A stretch of DNA of 63,696 nucleotides, counting the filler, from Conidiobolus incongruus B7586 (lineage: Eukaryota), in NCBI GenBank assembly GCA_000697335.1. It is 10 parts of 10 records of this genome, joined end to end, with 100 filler letters (N's around TTAATTAATTAA, not from the genome) between each part and the next. Parts side by side here need not be neighbours in the genome. Positions count along the whole stretch, not along the records: positions 13,422 to 14,863 come from JNEM01007133.1; positions 14,964 to 18,919 come from JNEM01007134.1; positions 19,020 to 26,236 come from JNEM01007135.1; positions 26,337 to 32,524 come from JNEM01007136.1; 6 more parts are not named here. The stretch is one strand, 5' to 3'. The position numbers were made by a program, and so were the translations under genes. Position 1 is the first letter of the stretch. Every line of letters starts with the position of its first letter. A model generated the notes under the pieces. It made no database searches. It saw nothing but the letters and a program-made list of their open reading frames with translations, and was not told the origin of the DNA. Below, one piece after another: positions 13,442 through 27,711 of this stretch.

Positions 13442-14863
13442 TACTAACTTACAAAAATAAGTCATAAAATTAAAAATATAATTATTTCTATTAATATCTT
13501 AATTAATTCTAATTTAAATAAATTTATATTAAACTATGTAATTAATGTATATTTTTTATTTATAATATAATATATAAAATTAAATTTAATTAATTATTAA
13601 TTAATCTATTAAAACTAAAAATATACCTAAGATGAGTTATAAATTTGTGGGTTTTAATATTGATAAAAAAATTAATATCTAGTATATCCATCTTTTATTT
13701 TTCTAACTTTTTTAAGTTTATAAGGTATAAAGTCAACTAGCTTCTTATATTAAGCAAGACTAATATTATTCTAAGTTTCTTGAATATACTCTTAAAGTTA
13801 ATTTAAATTTTTTATTAAGGGGAAAACTTTAATTAATTTTCTTAATTGATCCCAATGATATTCAATTAGGTTAAGATTAAAAGATTGAGGAGGTTATTTT
13901 ATTATAGTTATTTTATTATTTTTAAACAATTTAATAGTAGAATTTATAATATAATAAAAGGTATTATCTTGTTAGATTATAATATTTGATTTATTTAATT
14001 TATATCACTTAATATTTTTTTAATTTAATGTTTAAAATACTTTAGTATATTTTAGTATTAATTCCTTTATCAATCCTATAAAGATATCCTATACCTAAAA
14101 ATAATATATATCCCTAAACTATAATTAACCTATCATTATATTTTTGGGTTATAATAACACAATGGTTATAAAGTAATTCTTTATCTTTTTTGAAATATCT
14201 AACTCTTTTATTAGATTTATTAAGATATATCTTTGTTTTATTAAACTAAATAACTTTACTCTAGTTAGTTTTAGTTTAACTTTAGTATAAATATTTAAAC
14301 TCCCACCTAGCTTTATAATAAGATTTTTTTTAGTTAGGGGTGTTTTTTTAAGATATAAGTGATATCTATTTTAATACAAAACATATATTATAATATTAGT
14401 ACTAACTAATATTTTTATATAGTTTTATAATTCTTGTTGCACTTCTATAATAATATTATATTTATCTGTATTAACTAATCTACAAATATATTTTTCATTA
14501 TATTTATCTATAATTTTAATATACTTAAGTTTTAATTTGTGTTTTTTTAGTATTATTCTTAATAACCCTAGCTATAATAAATTAGTTAATATTAATAATT
14601 CTAGCAATCTTGTAAGTTGATTTATTTTTATTATGAAGTTAATTAATATATAAGTGAACTTTTTTAGAGAGAGATTTAGATATTATAATATTAATTTTAA
14701 AATATTAGATTAATAGTTTTATAATATATTTAATATAACAAAAAAAAGAAAATATATATAAGTTTTATTATTTATATCCTTTTAATATATAAACTTACAA
14801 ATTTTTAACTCATTTTGGTTAAATTTTAGGTATTGATAAATTAACCAATAGTTAATATAATAT
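13442..14863 (-). mobile_element. Tc1-like copy of a diverged subfamily, truncated by gap
   Basis: TIR tactaacttacaaaaataagtcataaaat. Inner repeat gatgagttataaatttgtggg at 13631. Collinear with 15712-17284. Confidence 0.88.
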
Positions 14864-14963
14864 NNNNNNNNNNNNNNNNNNNNNNNNNNNNNNNNNNNNN
14901 NNNNNNNTTAATTAATTAANNNNNNNNNNNNNNNNNNNNNNNNNNNNNNNNNNNNNNNNNNNN

Positions 14964-15513
14964 ATTATAAAAATCCATAAAGTATTATAATTGATAATAT
15001 TATATAATTTAATTATTTAATTTTAAAAATTATTATCCTTTTTCTTTAACATTAATTTAACTATATTTACTATCAATTATCAATAAACTAACTAACTAAT
15101 TAAAATCTTTAAGTTAATAATAAAATCTTATTATAATATTAATTAATTCAATTAAGATAACTATATTTACCAACTTTAATATTTGTTCAATTTATTTACT
15201 AATAAATTAACTAGTTTTAACCTTTATTTGATTCAATATAATAAATATCTTAATTTAATAATTCTTTTAAATATTTAAAATAATCTTGATTTTAAATTAT
15301 ATTAAATTTTAATCTAATATTAAATATATTAATTTTCTTATTAAATTTTATTTAAAAGAAAGATAAAAGGTTATAGAATACTAATATATAAAATTATATA
15401 GAAACCTTTTTAAATATAAAATTAATATATTTATATATCTAAAATCATCAGTTTTTAAAATTATTTTATCTAAATATAATTTAAATCTAAAATATTTACT
15501 ATTATATTATAGT
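14964..15513 (+). mobile_element. Gypsy integrase fragment (older family-A relative) interrupted by the outer gypsy element
   Basis: Collinear with integrase sequence at about 31270-31830. Breaks at the LTR start at 15514. Confidence 0.7.
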
Positions 15514-15711
15514 TATTAAGAGACTAATTCTTTAAATTCTTATATATATTTCTATATCATTTAATTAACTATAAATTATAAAATTAATTTATAATATTAT
15601 AACTAATTTAATTATATAGATAGTATTAAATTATTTAATTTTTTTTTCTCAATTCTTACTATTTTTTATTTTTTATATTATTTCTAAAATTAAAATTATA
15701 TTTTATTAATA

Positions 15712-17284
15712 CACTAACCTGCAAAAGTGAGTCATAAAATCAAAAACACCTATATTTTTACTAATAACTTGATTAATATTTAATGAAATAAACTTAAATT
15801 AAATAATTAAAATCTATTATATTTATTAGTTATATATATCATTAAATGATGATATTTAGCTATTAATTGGTTAAAATATAAACCCTTAAATTTTACCTAA
15901 GGTGAGTTATAAATTTGTGGGTTTTTGGTGATAAAAAAAAATTAAAACCTAGTGTATCTACCTTTAGCTTTTCTAACTTTTTTAAGTCTGTGGGGTATAG
16001 AATCAACTAACTTCTTACACTAGGAAGGGTTAATCTTGTTCTATGCTTCTTGAACATATTCCTAAAGTTGATCTAAATTTTTTGCTGGGGGGAAAGCTTT
16101 AATAGCTTTTTTTAATTGATCCCAAAAGTGTTCAATTAGATTAAGGTTAGGAGATTGAGGAGGCTACTTTATAACTGTTATCTTGTTATTTTTAAGCTAT
16201 TTGGTAGTAGAAGCTGTAGTATAGCAAGAGGCATTATCTTGCTGGAAAATAACATCAGATTTGTTTAACCCATACCATTTAATGGTTTTTTTCAATTCAT
16301 TGTTTAGAATACTTTGGTACATCTCAGCATTAATTCCCCTATTAACTTTATAAAGATACCCTACACTTAAAGACAACATACATCCCCAAACAATAATTGA
16401 CCCATCACTATACTTTTGGGTAAAATTAACATGATAGTTATAAAGTAGTTCTGCATCTTTTCTGAAGCATTTAGCTTTTCTATCAGATCCACTAAGGTAT
16501 ATTTTTGTTTCATTAGACTAAATAACCTTACTCCAATCAATTTCAGTTCAACATTGGTGGTGACATTTAAACTCCTGCCTAGCTTTACAGTGGGATTTCT
16601 TTAGTTGGGGGTGTTTTTTCTTAAGGTGTAAGTGGTATCCATGCTAATGTAAAGCACATATAATAGTATCAGTGCTAACCAATATTCTTGTATAGTCTCA
16701 CAATTCCTGTTGTATTTCTACAGCAGTACCACACTTGCCTATATTAACCAACCTACAGATATACTTCTCATCATGTTCATCTATGATTTTAGCACACTTA
16801 AGTTTAGGTTTAAATGTTTCTTTATTGCTATTCTTAACAACCTTAGCTATAGTAGACTAGCTAACACTAGTAATTCTAGCAATATTATAAGTTGATTTAC
16901 CTTCTTTATAAAGTTGATTAATGTGCAAGTAGATTTTTTTAGAGAGGGATTTAGGCATAATGATACTTATAAAAAAAATTTAGTATATCTGTAAAATATT
17001 ATATAAAATAATAACAAAGAGAGAAAAAAGATATGGTTATATATTGTTAAATATATCCCCTTATCTCAAAAACCCACAAATTTATAACTCACCTTGGTTA
17101 AATATTAAGGGTTAATATTTTTGCTAATAGTTTACTAAATATATCTAAATATATTTATCTATTATTAAATAATATACCTTAATTATATATTATAGTTTCA
17201 AGTAATCTAATATATATAATTGTTTTAGTTATTAATTAAAATATATATATTTTTGATTTTATGACTCACTTTTGTGGGTCAGTG
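15712..17284 (-). mobile_element. Full-length Tc1-like DD34E transposon (1573 bp), TA target duplication, inserted in an LTR
   Basis: TA-CACTAACCTGCAAAAGTGAGTCATAAAATCAAAAA ... TTTTTGATTTTATGACTCACTTTTGTGGGTCAGTG-TA. The uninterrupted LTR is visible at 32401 and 34800. Confidence 0.96.
15942..16958 (-). pseudogene. Tc1 transposase pseudogene, 338 codons, point mutations only
   Basis: MPKSLSKK... VI*SNETKI ... IIVWGCM ... FQQDNASCY...*PPQSPNLNLIEHFWDQLK...KAKGRYTRF*. 34 residues between the second D and the E. ATG-to-stop span of 1017 nt is a multiple of 3. Confidence 0.92.
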
Positions 17285-18444
17285 TATTATAATATATTGG
17301 TGCTATTTATTATAAATTTAATATATTAGTGACCTATCTTAGTTTGAAGCTTAATTAAACTTTATTTATATTCACACACTATAATTATATTATAATATTA
17401 TATTTTTTATTATATTGTTTTTATATTATATTTTTCTCTATATTATATTAGTATTTTACCACTATACTTATATAATAATAGTAATAAAACTATTAAAAAC
17501 CTATTATAAAATAATAATTATTTATATTTAATCTATTTTCTATTATTTTAAATTTTATTTTCAATTTATTTTACTTAAATTTAATATTATACACTATAAT
17601 ACCATCAAAAAAAATACCCTTATATTATTTTAATGATGATAATAGTTTAATTACTATGTAAATTTAAAACTTTAATTTTTAAAAGCTTATTACCTTTTAA
17701 AAAGATGAAATTAAATAACTTTTAATTGAGAAAAACATAACTCAAAATGCTTAAATCTAACAAACTAGCTATTTTACTATTATAAATATATTAAATCTTT
17801 TATTTAATGTTTTTAAAGATAAATTAACCACTTATAATAATTTTAAAAACTTTTATAAGCTTGAAAATTATCATAATTTAATTCTTAATGAAGATTTAAA
17901 GAATACCTTTAAATTAACCAAATTTTTTAGAATAACTTATTTATATTTAATAGTTAATTCATTATAAGTTTAATTTTAAAGAATTTTTAAGAGGATAACT
18001 TACTATAAAAATATAAACCCATAAATAATTAGAAAAAGCTTTTAATAAAAGTTATTACCTAAAAAATTAAGCTTAATTAATAAAAGAAAAGCTTTTATAA
18101 CTTAAATAAAAAACTTTCACAAAATAATTAACTGAGAAATTTAATAAGATAAGTTTAATATATTAAATATCACTTTAAAAAAATAAATTTATAAGTTAAT
18201 ATAATACTTTAATCTTGAAATAAAACTTTATTTAGTTAATAAAAAATATTATAATAATATGTGTTTTTTAATATTTATAATGTAATAATTATGATTAATG
18301 ATATCTTTTACTTTATAATTAAATTTTTTTATCTTAAGAATTAATCTTCTAAATCTTACTTTAATTTACTTAAATCTAAAATAATAAATATTTCTATTTT
18401 AAAGCTTTATGAAAAAACCATTAGTAAAAAAATTAAAGCTTATT

Positions 18445-18475
<31 letters not shown>

Positions 18476-20240
18476 AAAAATTTAAGTGAATTATAAAGTT
18501 AATAAATATTTTTTAAAGTAACAACATCTGTTCAATTCTTAATAATTTTAATCTACCAACCATAAATTAAAAATAAATAATATTAATATAATCTTAAAAT
18601 TACTCTCTTTATAATTATTTAACAAATTTTAATTCAATCCACAAAAGTTATAATAAACTAATGATTCCATAAATTAAATTATATATATTAAAAAGATTTA
18701 ACTAATTAAACTATTAATAACCAAAAATATTCTAGTAATTTATTTACCTTGTAATTTTTTATTTTTAATTATTACATTATTTTTTATTTTAACTAAATAT
18801 TTTATAAACACTTGTTAATGTTTTAATTAACTTTAGTTGTTTTAATTGTAATATCTCTTTTTTTACTATTTTAAAACTTTTTTTACCTATTTAAAAATAT
18901 AGTTTTATAATTAATTATANNNNNNNNNNNNNNNNNNNNNNNNNNNNNNNNNNNNNNNNNNNNTTAATTAATTAANNNNNNNNNNNNNNNNNNNNNNNNN
19001 NNNNNNNNNNNNNNNNNNNCTATTAAATACTTTACTTAATATTAACTCTATAATTGTATCAAATTATTTAATCTTTATAAGTAAAAATCAATATAAAAAA
19101 TTAATTAAAAACTTTAATAATTTATAAACATATGTATTTGCTTATTATTTATCTATTAATATTTTATTTTTTTAATTTCAATAAAACTATAATTAATAAT
19201 CATTTTCTTATATAATATAGTAAGTTAATTTATTAATATTTTTAAATTTATAAATAAATTATCTTTAAATATAATATTAAGCATAAAATTATAATTTGCT
19301 TAAACATATAATTATATTTAAAACTTACTTACAATTTATTTTTTAAATAATATCAAACTTTAAAAGAATAAATCTAAAAATTACTTCAAAATAAATATAT
19401 TAAACTTTTTTCCTTACTATAAAAATCTTTAATTCTCTTTATATAAAAGGTTAATACAGTTTAAAAACTATATATTAATAATTATGTTTTAAACTTTAAA
19501 ATTATTATGGATAAAACTTTACTATTAAACTTATATGATATTAAAGATAAGTTACTTAAATCAACTATATTTATTAAATTAAATGCTAAAAATAGTTACT
19601 ATAATATTAAAATTAAAGAAAATTTCATTTCTTTAACTATTTTTAATATTTTTACCACTTTTACTTAATTTATCATTTCCTTTTTTAACCTTAATTTTAA
19701 TAACTTTATTATTATCTACCTTGATAATATCTTAATTTAATTAATTTCTAACAAATAATATATTTAACATATTAATTAAATTTTACAAATTATTCATAAA
19801 ACATCAATTATCTTTAAAACTATTAAAATATATTTTTAATATTTTTTTTATTTATTTCTATAGTTATATTATTTTTTTTAAAGAATTAACATTACTTTAA
19901 CTAAGCTTAATAATATAATAACTTTTACTATACTTATAAAAAAATCAACTTATATTTATATTTAAATTACCAAATTATTTTAAAAATTTCATTGATTTTT
20001 TTGTTAAACTTATAACCCCTCTAATAAATCTTTTAAGAAAAGACTCTTTTTTTAATTAAATTTTATTCTATATTTTTAACATAAAGGCTTTAATTTTCTA
20101 TATTATTAATGCTTTTATTTTATCTATTTTTGATCTCAAATTATTTATTATTTTTTTTATTAATTTTGGTTTTTTTATAATTAATAGAAAGTTAATTTAA
20201 TTTATATTTAGTTTATATTTTACCATTTAAATATAAGATA

Positions 20241-21550
20241 TTATTTTGTAATTTAAATAATGGGAATTTCTTATGATTGAAAAAAAATAAACATTTTAAT
20301 TTATAAAAAGTAAAAATAAATATATAATATAAAATTAATAATTTCTTTTATCTTTAATAACTTTTTGCTATATTTTTAGCAGAGCTAACACCTAAAAAAC
20401 AATTCTTTTTATCAAAGACTGAAATTTAATGTTTCACAAACCAATTAAATTTTCCTATAGAAATTTTCTTTCTTGCAAGCTAGTTTTTTAATTGCCTAAA
20501 ACAATTATAATTACATGGGTTATAATCTAAAAAATATACTAGATATGGTAGTTTTTTCCAGTTATTTTTAATTAGAAAGTTTTTTACAACTTTAGATTTA
20601 TATATTTTGCAATTATCATGCAAAATAATAGGTTTTCTCAAATTATATTAAAAATACCAATTAGAAATAGTTTTATTTAAAAGAAAATATAAAGTTTACT
20701 ATTAATGGATTTTCCTTTAGGAACTAAATAAGAATAGCATATGTTATTATAATTCATTGTTATATTTAACATTCATTTATCAATAAAGTGCTTATTTAAA
20801 GGAATTAATGGAGTGGGTTGATTTAGCTTAATCTAATATTTTGATTTATATTTTATCAAAGGATTATATAAAAGAAATTAAGATTCATCAATTGTAATAA
20901 TTTGCTGTAAAATCTTTAGTTTTTAGCTATACCTTAGTAAGTTTTGTTTAGCAATAGCTACTCTAGCTTTTTTTTAAGTTTTAGTTAAATTATAAAATAC
21001 CTATTTTATATTTTTATTAATTAATTTTAATTTAAACTTTAATATATATAAAATACTTATGTAACTAATATTAAAATATCTTGATAGTTCTCTAGTTAAA
21101 ATAAAAGGGTGCTTTTTAATATAATTATTTACTTTATTAATAATTAGAAGAATAAGAGTTAAAATTAATCTTTTAGATTTTAACAAGTTTTGGGTAATTT
21201 CTCTCTTAGCCTTAAAGTAATTTACCCAGCAATAAATTGTTAATTTAGATAATACTTTATTACCAAAAGCTGTTTGTAAATTTTAAATGATTTTAAAGGG
21301 TTTGTGGTTAAGTTTTACTGATACTAAAATAAAAAACTTTTGATGGTTACTATTTAGTTTAAACATGATTAAATTAAACAACTAATTTTAAAAAATTAAT
21401 TTTTTTAATCAAAAAAATTATTATATATATATATATATAATTCAAAACTATTTATTTTCTTATTTGTTTTATATATATTTATTTGAAACTAATAATATGT
21501 TTGAAAAATTGGAAATTAAAAAATTCCCTATTTTTTTAATTCTTTGGTAA
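20241..21550 (-). mobile_element. Full-length mariner (about 1310 bp) inserted in the outer gypsy pol
   Basis: TA-flanked imperfect TIRs (ttattttgtaatttaaataatgggaatt / aattccctatttttttaattctttggtaa). rc motifs ITIDES, LHDNCKI, DYNPCNYNCF. Confidence 0.92.
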
Positions 21551-24500
21551 TAAAGTAATAAATAAAGGAGAATAAGTTGAGTTTAACTCTAAAAATATTA
21601 TTTTAAATTTAATAATATTTTAATTAAAAAAAACTAGCTAAATTAAAATACCTAATTTTTAAATATAAATTTTTTATTTTAGTAAAAATAATAAAAAATC
21701 ATTTATATTTTTTATTTTACAATTTTTTTTTGATATTTATAGATTATAAATTACTTATATACTTAAATACTCAAAAGTATTTATTAGGAGAATAAATAAA
21801 ATGGATTAAAACTATTTAAGTATGTCTTGTTTTTATTTAATATTTTTTAGATTAAAAAATGATATTATAGATATTTGGTTAAAAAATCTTTTATATTCAC
21901 CCTTTTTTTTAATTATAAAAACTAAGCAAATATTTTCTTAATAATGATAATTAAAAAAATTCAAAATTTATTAAATTATTTTCAGAATTATTACTAATTA
22001 ATAATTTTTTTATTTTAGTTAAAAAAAATTCTTTAAACTATTACAAAATTAATTAAAATATATCAAAAGATTTAAAATTATTTATAACTTATTATATTAT
22101 AACAATTGTTTATATATCCTTAATATTCTTAAGATTTAATAAGTAATATTTAATCAATTCTATAATTTATTTGTTAGAAGATATTAAAATTTGTTAAAAA
22201 TTGTTAAGAGAATTAAAATAAGGTATAACTAACTTTTATTAGTTAAAACAATTTAAAAATACATTAATACCTATAATATATATTAAATTTATTTTTTTAT
22301 AAGTTTTTAATAAAACTTAAAAATAAATCTAATTTAATTTCATAAAAATTCTTAAATCAACAAATAATTATAATAACTTACTAATTTTAACTGATTTATT
22401 CTTTCAATATATTTATGATATTTTTTATTTCAAAACTTCAATAATTAAAGATATTATATAATTATTAATCTTTAATATCTTTACCTATTATAAGTATTAT
22501 AATAATTATTATTTTATTAGTACCTCTTCTCACTCTAATTCACTACTAAAGATTTGATTATCTAAATTAAGTCTTATCAATATCTTACAAATCACTATGT
22601 TTGAGTGACTTTATTATTACTCAATCTTATATACTTATGTGTATATATTCTACTTAGCTATAAAAAAGACTCAGACTTTCCTCTCTAGCTTATATTTAAG
22701 TTTACATTATTTCTTACATAAATAAACCTTTTGCTTAATTATTAATATATTTCTTATTATTATTAGTTAACACTTTAATACTAAAGGATTTAGTTATCAT
22801 ATATTTCTTAAAAAGTTAAGAGACCTGCTTCTTCTACCCTCAACTGTTATTATTTACTTATATAATAACAGTGATTAAGAAGATTTAAAAGTATTCTTAT
22901 TGCTATAGTTAAAAATTTAATAATTGTAACTTATTGTTTTATATACAATTAAAATAAAATAAACACTTAAAGTTTTAATAACAATAACTATTATTTTATC
23001 AGTTAATCAGATTTTTATAATACTAATAGTATCTTAACTAAATATAGATTAAAATTAAAGTAAACCTAGTAGATTAACTATATACAATAAATGATAACTG
23101 AATTAAATAGTTATAGATTTTTATTATCTATTTTAAGAAACTTTAATAAAGTTAAGTTCTTTGTAAATAACTTGATTACTTATTATAGCTTAAAATCACC
23201 TAAAAAACTAGAAGAATTTTTAAACAAACTAACTAAATTCCTTAAAGAAATTAAAACTCTAGATTTATATAATTTAGTAAAAATTTCAATTTCTAAATTA
23301 ACCTCTTATATTAAACTCTAGTGGTATAAATACTTAAAAGACACACTTAATTTTATTAGTAGTTCTTTTTATCCTGATAGGATTTAAATATTTAATTAAT
23401 TCAAATAAACAATTAAGTAGAGGTTTTATTTATTATATATAGTTACTCTAGCTTAAAATAAGCTAGCAAGGATTATTTAGAAATCTTCAATTAAAAATTT
23501 TCATAGAAGAATTTACCTAGCTTAAATTAAAGATTCCCAACTTATCTAAAGATAAAAAAAAGATAAGTTCAAGAGAAAACTCAAGCCTAATATTTTTAGT
23601 TGTTTACTCTAAGATTATTATGAAAACAGCTAGTTTTGCTACTTTAACTAAAATAGCTATTAAAGTAAAAGATGATTAGAATTATATTAAAGGAATAAAT
23701 AAAAGTCTTTATATAAGCTTTAATAATTCCCTATCTAAATTATCTAATCCTAATGCTATAGATATATCTACAATATAAAAAAAAAGAATCTAACTAAAAA
23801 AAGAAATAATACTTGAGAAAAAATAAAAAATGCTTCTATTGTAGACAAATTAATATAGATTACCATTAGAACAAATGTCCTAGGAAGCTATTTAATAGTA
23901 AAAACTCTAGTGATATAGTTTCAAATATTAATATTTAAATAAACAATAAAGAAAGTAATCAACAGATTAATAATTAATCTAGTTTAAATTTAACCTAATA
24001 TAGTTAAAATAACAAAGAGAAATCTTTGTCAAAAATCTTTTATAATAAACCCTTAAAATTATATTCAAATAACTAAAAATTATTTCAAAGTTCATTAGAG
24101 AAAAAGAGTAATATTTATTTAAATTCTTATTTATTAAATCCTAATAAAAATAAATTATGCTTTTTGTAAATCTTTAAAAGTACTTTAAACAAACACCTTA
24201 TTTCCTTCTTACTTGACTTTAAATATAATAGTATGCTTATTAATAAAGATATTGTCAAGAGATTTAAATTATCTTATAATCAAATAAATATAGTATTAAA
24301 TTATATAAATAATACCTAATAAACTACCAAAGGATTTTTATATTGTAATTTTTATTGATGATAGGTTACTCTAAAAAAATTTAATTTATAATAGGTTTTA
24401 TAAAATATAATGTTATTATAAGTTTTAGTTGGTTTTAAAAGCACTATCTAATTATCATAAATAAAGGTTTATTTAATGAATATATTTTTTTTTATTTTGT

Positions 24501-26126
24501 TATAATAATTTAAGTTATAAGCTAATAACTAATTTTATTATAGAAGAAGGTACTAATAATATCTTTTTTAATAATATAATAATTTCAAGAATATCTTTTG
24601 TAAATTTAATTAAGAAGTTAGAAAATTAATTTGGTATAATTTATATTAACTTTAACACTATCTCTATTTCTTTAAAAGATATAAAAGATACCTTAGATGT
24701 TAAAAATTTATTGTACAAGGTTATTAATAAATATAAAAATGTTTTTAAAATTTTAACCACTCTATTATTAAAAAAAGATATGTTTTATAAAATTAAACTG
24801 TTATTTAACACCTAACCTTATTATAAATTACCTTATCATATTTTTTTAAATAATATAAGGTTCTTTGTGAAAAAATAAACAGGTTATTAGAATTAAATTT
24901 TATATAACTCTTTATAAGCTTTTAAAGTTCAATAGTTTTTTTTATTAAAAAAATATAATAGAGGTTGGTGATTTTATATTGATAATAAAGTCTTTAATAG
25001 TAAAACAATTAAAGATAACACTCTTTTATTTAATTTAAATAAAATTAAAAATAGATTTATAGGTGTAAACTACTTTATTAAAATAAATCTTAAGAACAGC
25101 TATTATAATATCTTAGTTAATGAATAAAGTATCCTTTTAATTACTTTTAATTATATATCAAAATATTATAAGTTTAAAGTTATGAATTTTAAACTTTATA
25201 ATATACTTGCTAAATTTATAAAACTTATAAATAGTTTATTTAGTAAGTATTACAATAATTTTGTTGAATGCTACTTAAACAATATTTTAGTTTATTTAAA
25301 GACTTTAGATAATTATATTTTACATGTAAAAACTATTTTACAGATACTCAACTAAAATTAATTGCTAGTAAAACTCTCTTAATATATTTTTGTTGCTTTA
25401 TCTATTTTATTTTATATATATATTATTTCTTTTAAAGGAATTTCTATCAATCTAGCAAAATTTTAAAGATTATACAATATTACAATCTTTACCAATAAAC
25501 ATTAAGTAATAACTTTTCTAAAATTAGTTACATATTTTAAAAAGTATATTCTTTTGTTTATTAAGCTTACTAGTTTTATGTTTAACTTATTAAAGAAGGC
25601 TAGACTATTTATTTAAACCCTTAATAAAACTTTCTCATTTTATATACTATTTTACTAAATTAATATAGCTTCAATATTTATTATAATTAATTTTAATTTA
25701 CTAGTAATTATATTTATAGATGTATTTACCTACATTATAAATAGTTAGATAGCACAAAGCAAAATTATTGAAGATTTTAAAAAGTATAACCACTTTAAAA
25801 CTTTAGAGGGGGTAACTAAATATTAAAAGGTTTTTAAACATTTAAATCTAAAGCTTTTAATATTCTAATCTAGAAAATTAATACCTACTAAATATAATTA
25901 TCTTTTATATAAGTAAAAAATGTTTATATTATTAGAAATCATAAAAAAGTTTAGTTTTTAGTTGTTTTATTAAGAGTTTTTATGCTTAAGTAATTATAAA
26001 TTATTGATTTACTTAAATTCACAAAAGCACCTATCTAAAAAATATATTAGATAGATAAAAACTATCCAAGAGTATCTTTTCTTAATTAAATACCTTTTTA
26101 GTAAATACAATAAGATTATAGATATA

Positions 26127-27711
26127 TACTAACCTGTAAAAGTGAGTCATAAAATTAAAAATATATATATTAATTAATAACTAAAACAATTGTATATATT
26201 AGATTACTTGAAATTATAATATATAATTAAAGTATANNNNNNNNNNNNNNNNNNNNNNNNNNNNNNNNNNNNNNNNNNNNTTAATTAATTAANNNNNNNN
26301 NNNNNNNNNNNNNNNNNNNNNNNNNNNNNNNNNNNNTTATAAATTTGCAGGTTTTTGAGATAAAAGGATATATTTAACAATATATAACTATATCTTTTTT
26401 CTCTCATTGTTATTATTTTATATTATATTTTATAAATATATTAAATTTTTATTATTATTATTATTATACTTAAATCCCTCTCTAAAAAAATCCACTTGTA
26501 TATTAATTAATTTTGTAAAAAAGGTAAATCAACTTATAATATTGTTAGAATTACTAGTGTTAGCTAGTTTACTATAGCTAAGGTTATTAAAAATAACAAT
26601 AAAGAAATATTTAAATTAAACTTAAGTGTGTTAAAATTATAGATAAACATGATAAGAAGTATATTTGTAGGTTAGTTAGTATAGGTAAATATAATACTAC
26701 TGTAGAAATATAACAGGAATTATAAAACTATACAAAAATATTAGTTAACACTAATATTATTATATGTGTTTTATATTAGCATAGATACCACTTATACTTT
26801 AAGAAAAAACACCCCCAACTAAAAAAATCTTATTATAAAGTTAAACAAGAGTTTAAATGTTACTATTAATATTAAACCAAAACTAATTAAAGTAAAGTTA
26901 TTTAATCTAATGAAACAAAAATATACTTTAGTAGATTTAATAAAAAAGCTAGATGTTTTAAAAAAGATATAAAATTACTTTGTGACTATTATGTTAATTT
27001 TACCTAAAAATACAATAATAGGTTAATTATTATTTGGGGATATATGTTATATTTAAGTATAAAATATCTTTACAAAGTTAATAGGGGAGTTAATACTAAA
27101 ATGTACTAAAGTATTCTAAATAATAAATTGAAAAAAACCATTGAATAATATAGGTTAAACAAATTTAATATTATTTTCTAGTAAGATAATACCTCTTGTT
27201 ATACTATAGCTTTTACTACCAAATAACTTAAAAATAATAAGATAATAGTTATAAAGTAATTTCTTCAATTTCTTAACTTTAATCTAATTAAATACCTTTA
27301 GGATTAATTAAAAAAAGTTATTAAAGCTTTCCCCCTAGTTAAAGATTTAAATTAACTTTAGGAATATGTTTAAGAAGTATAGAACAAGATTAACCCTTCT
27401 TAATATAATAAGTTAATTGATTCTATACCCTATAAACTTAAAGAAGTTAGAAAAGCTAAAGGTAGATATACTAGGTTTTAATTTTTTTTTATCACCAAAA
27501 ACCTACAAATTTATAACTCACCCTAGGTAAAATTTAAAGGTTAATATTTTAGTTAATTAATAGCTAAATATCATGTTTTAATGATATATATAATTAATAA
27601 ATATAATAGATTTTAATTATTTAATTTAGATTTATTTTATTAAATATTAATTAAGTTATTAATAAAAATATAAGTGTTTTTGATTTTATAACTTATTTTT
27701 GCAGGTTAGTG
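26127..27711 (+). mobile_element. Tc1-like copy inserted at the end of the inner gypsy RNase H (contains a gap)
   Basis: TA-tactaacctgtaaaagtgagtcat ... acttatttttgcaggttagtg-TA. Flanks rejoin as gat ata tta agt aga (D-x-L-S-R). Confidence 0.94.

Noticed and set aside
15942..16958. Alternative genetic code or stop readthrough to explain in-frame TAA/TAG in transposases and pol
   Set aside because: Host genes have no internal stops and end in TAA. Stops differ between copies and derive from TGG, CAA, CAG and CGA by transitions.
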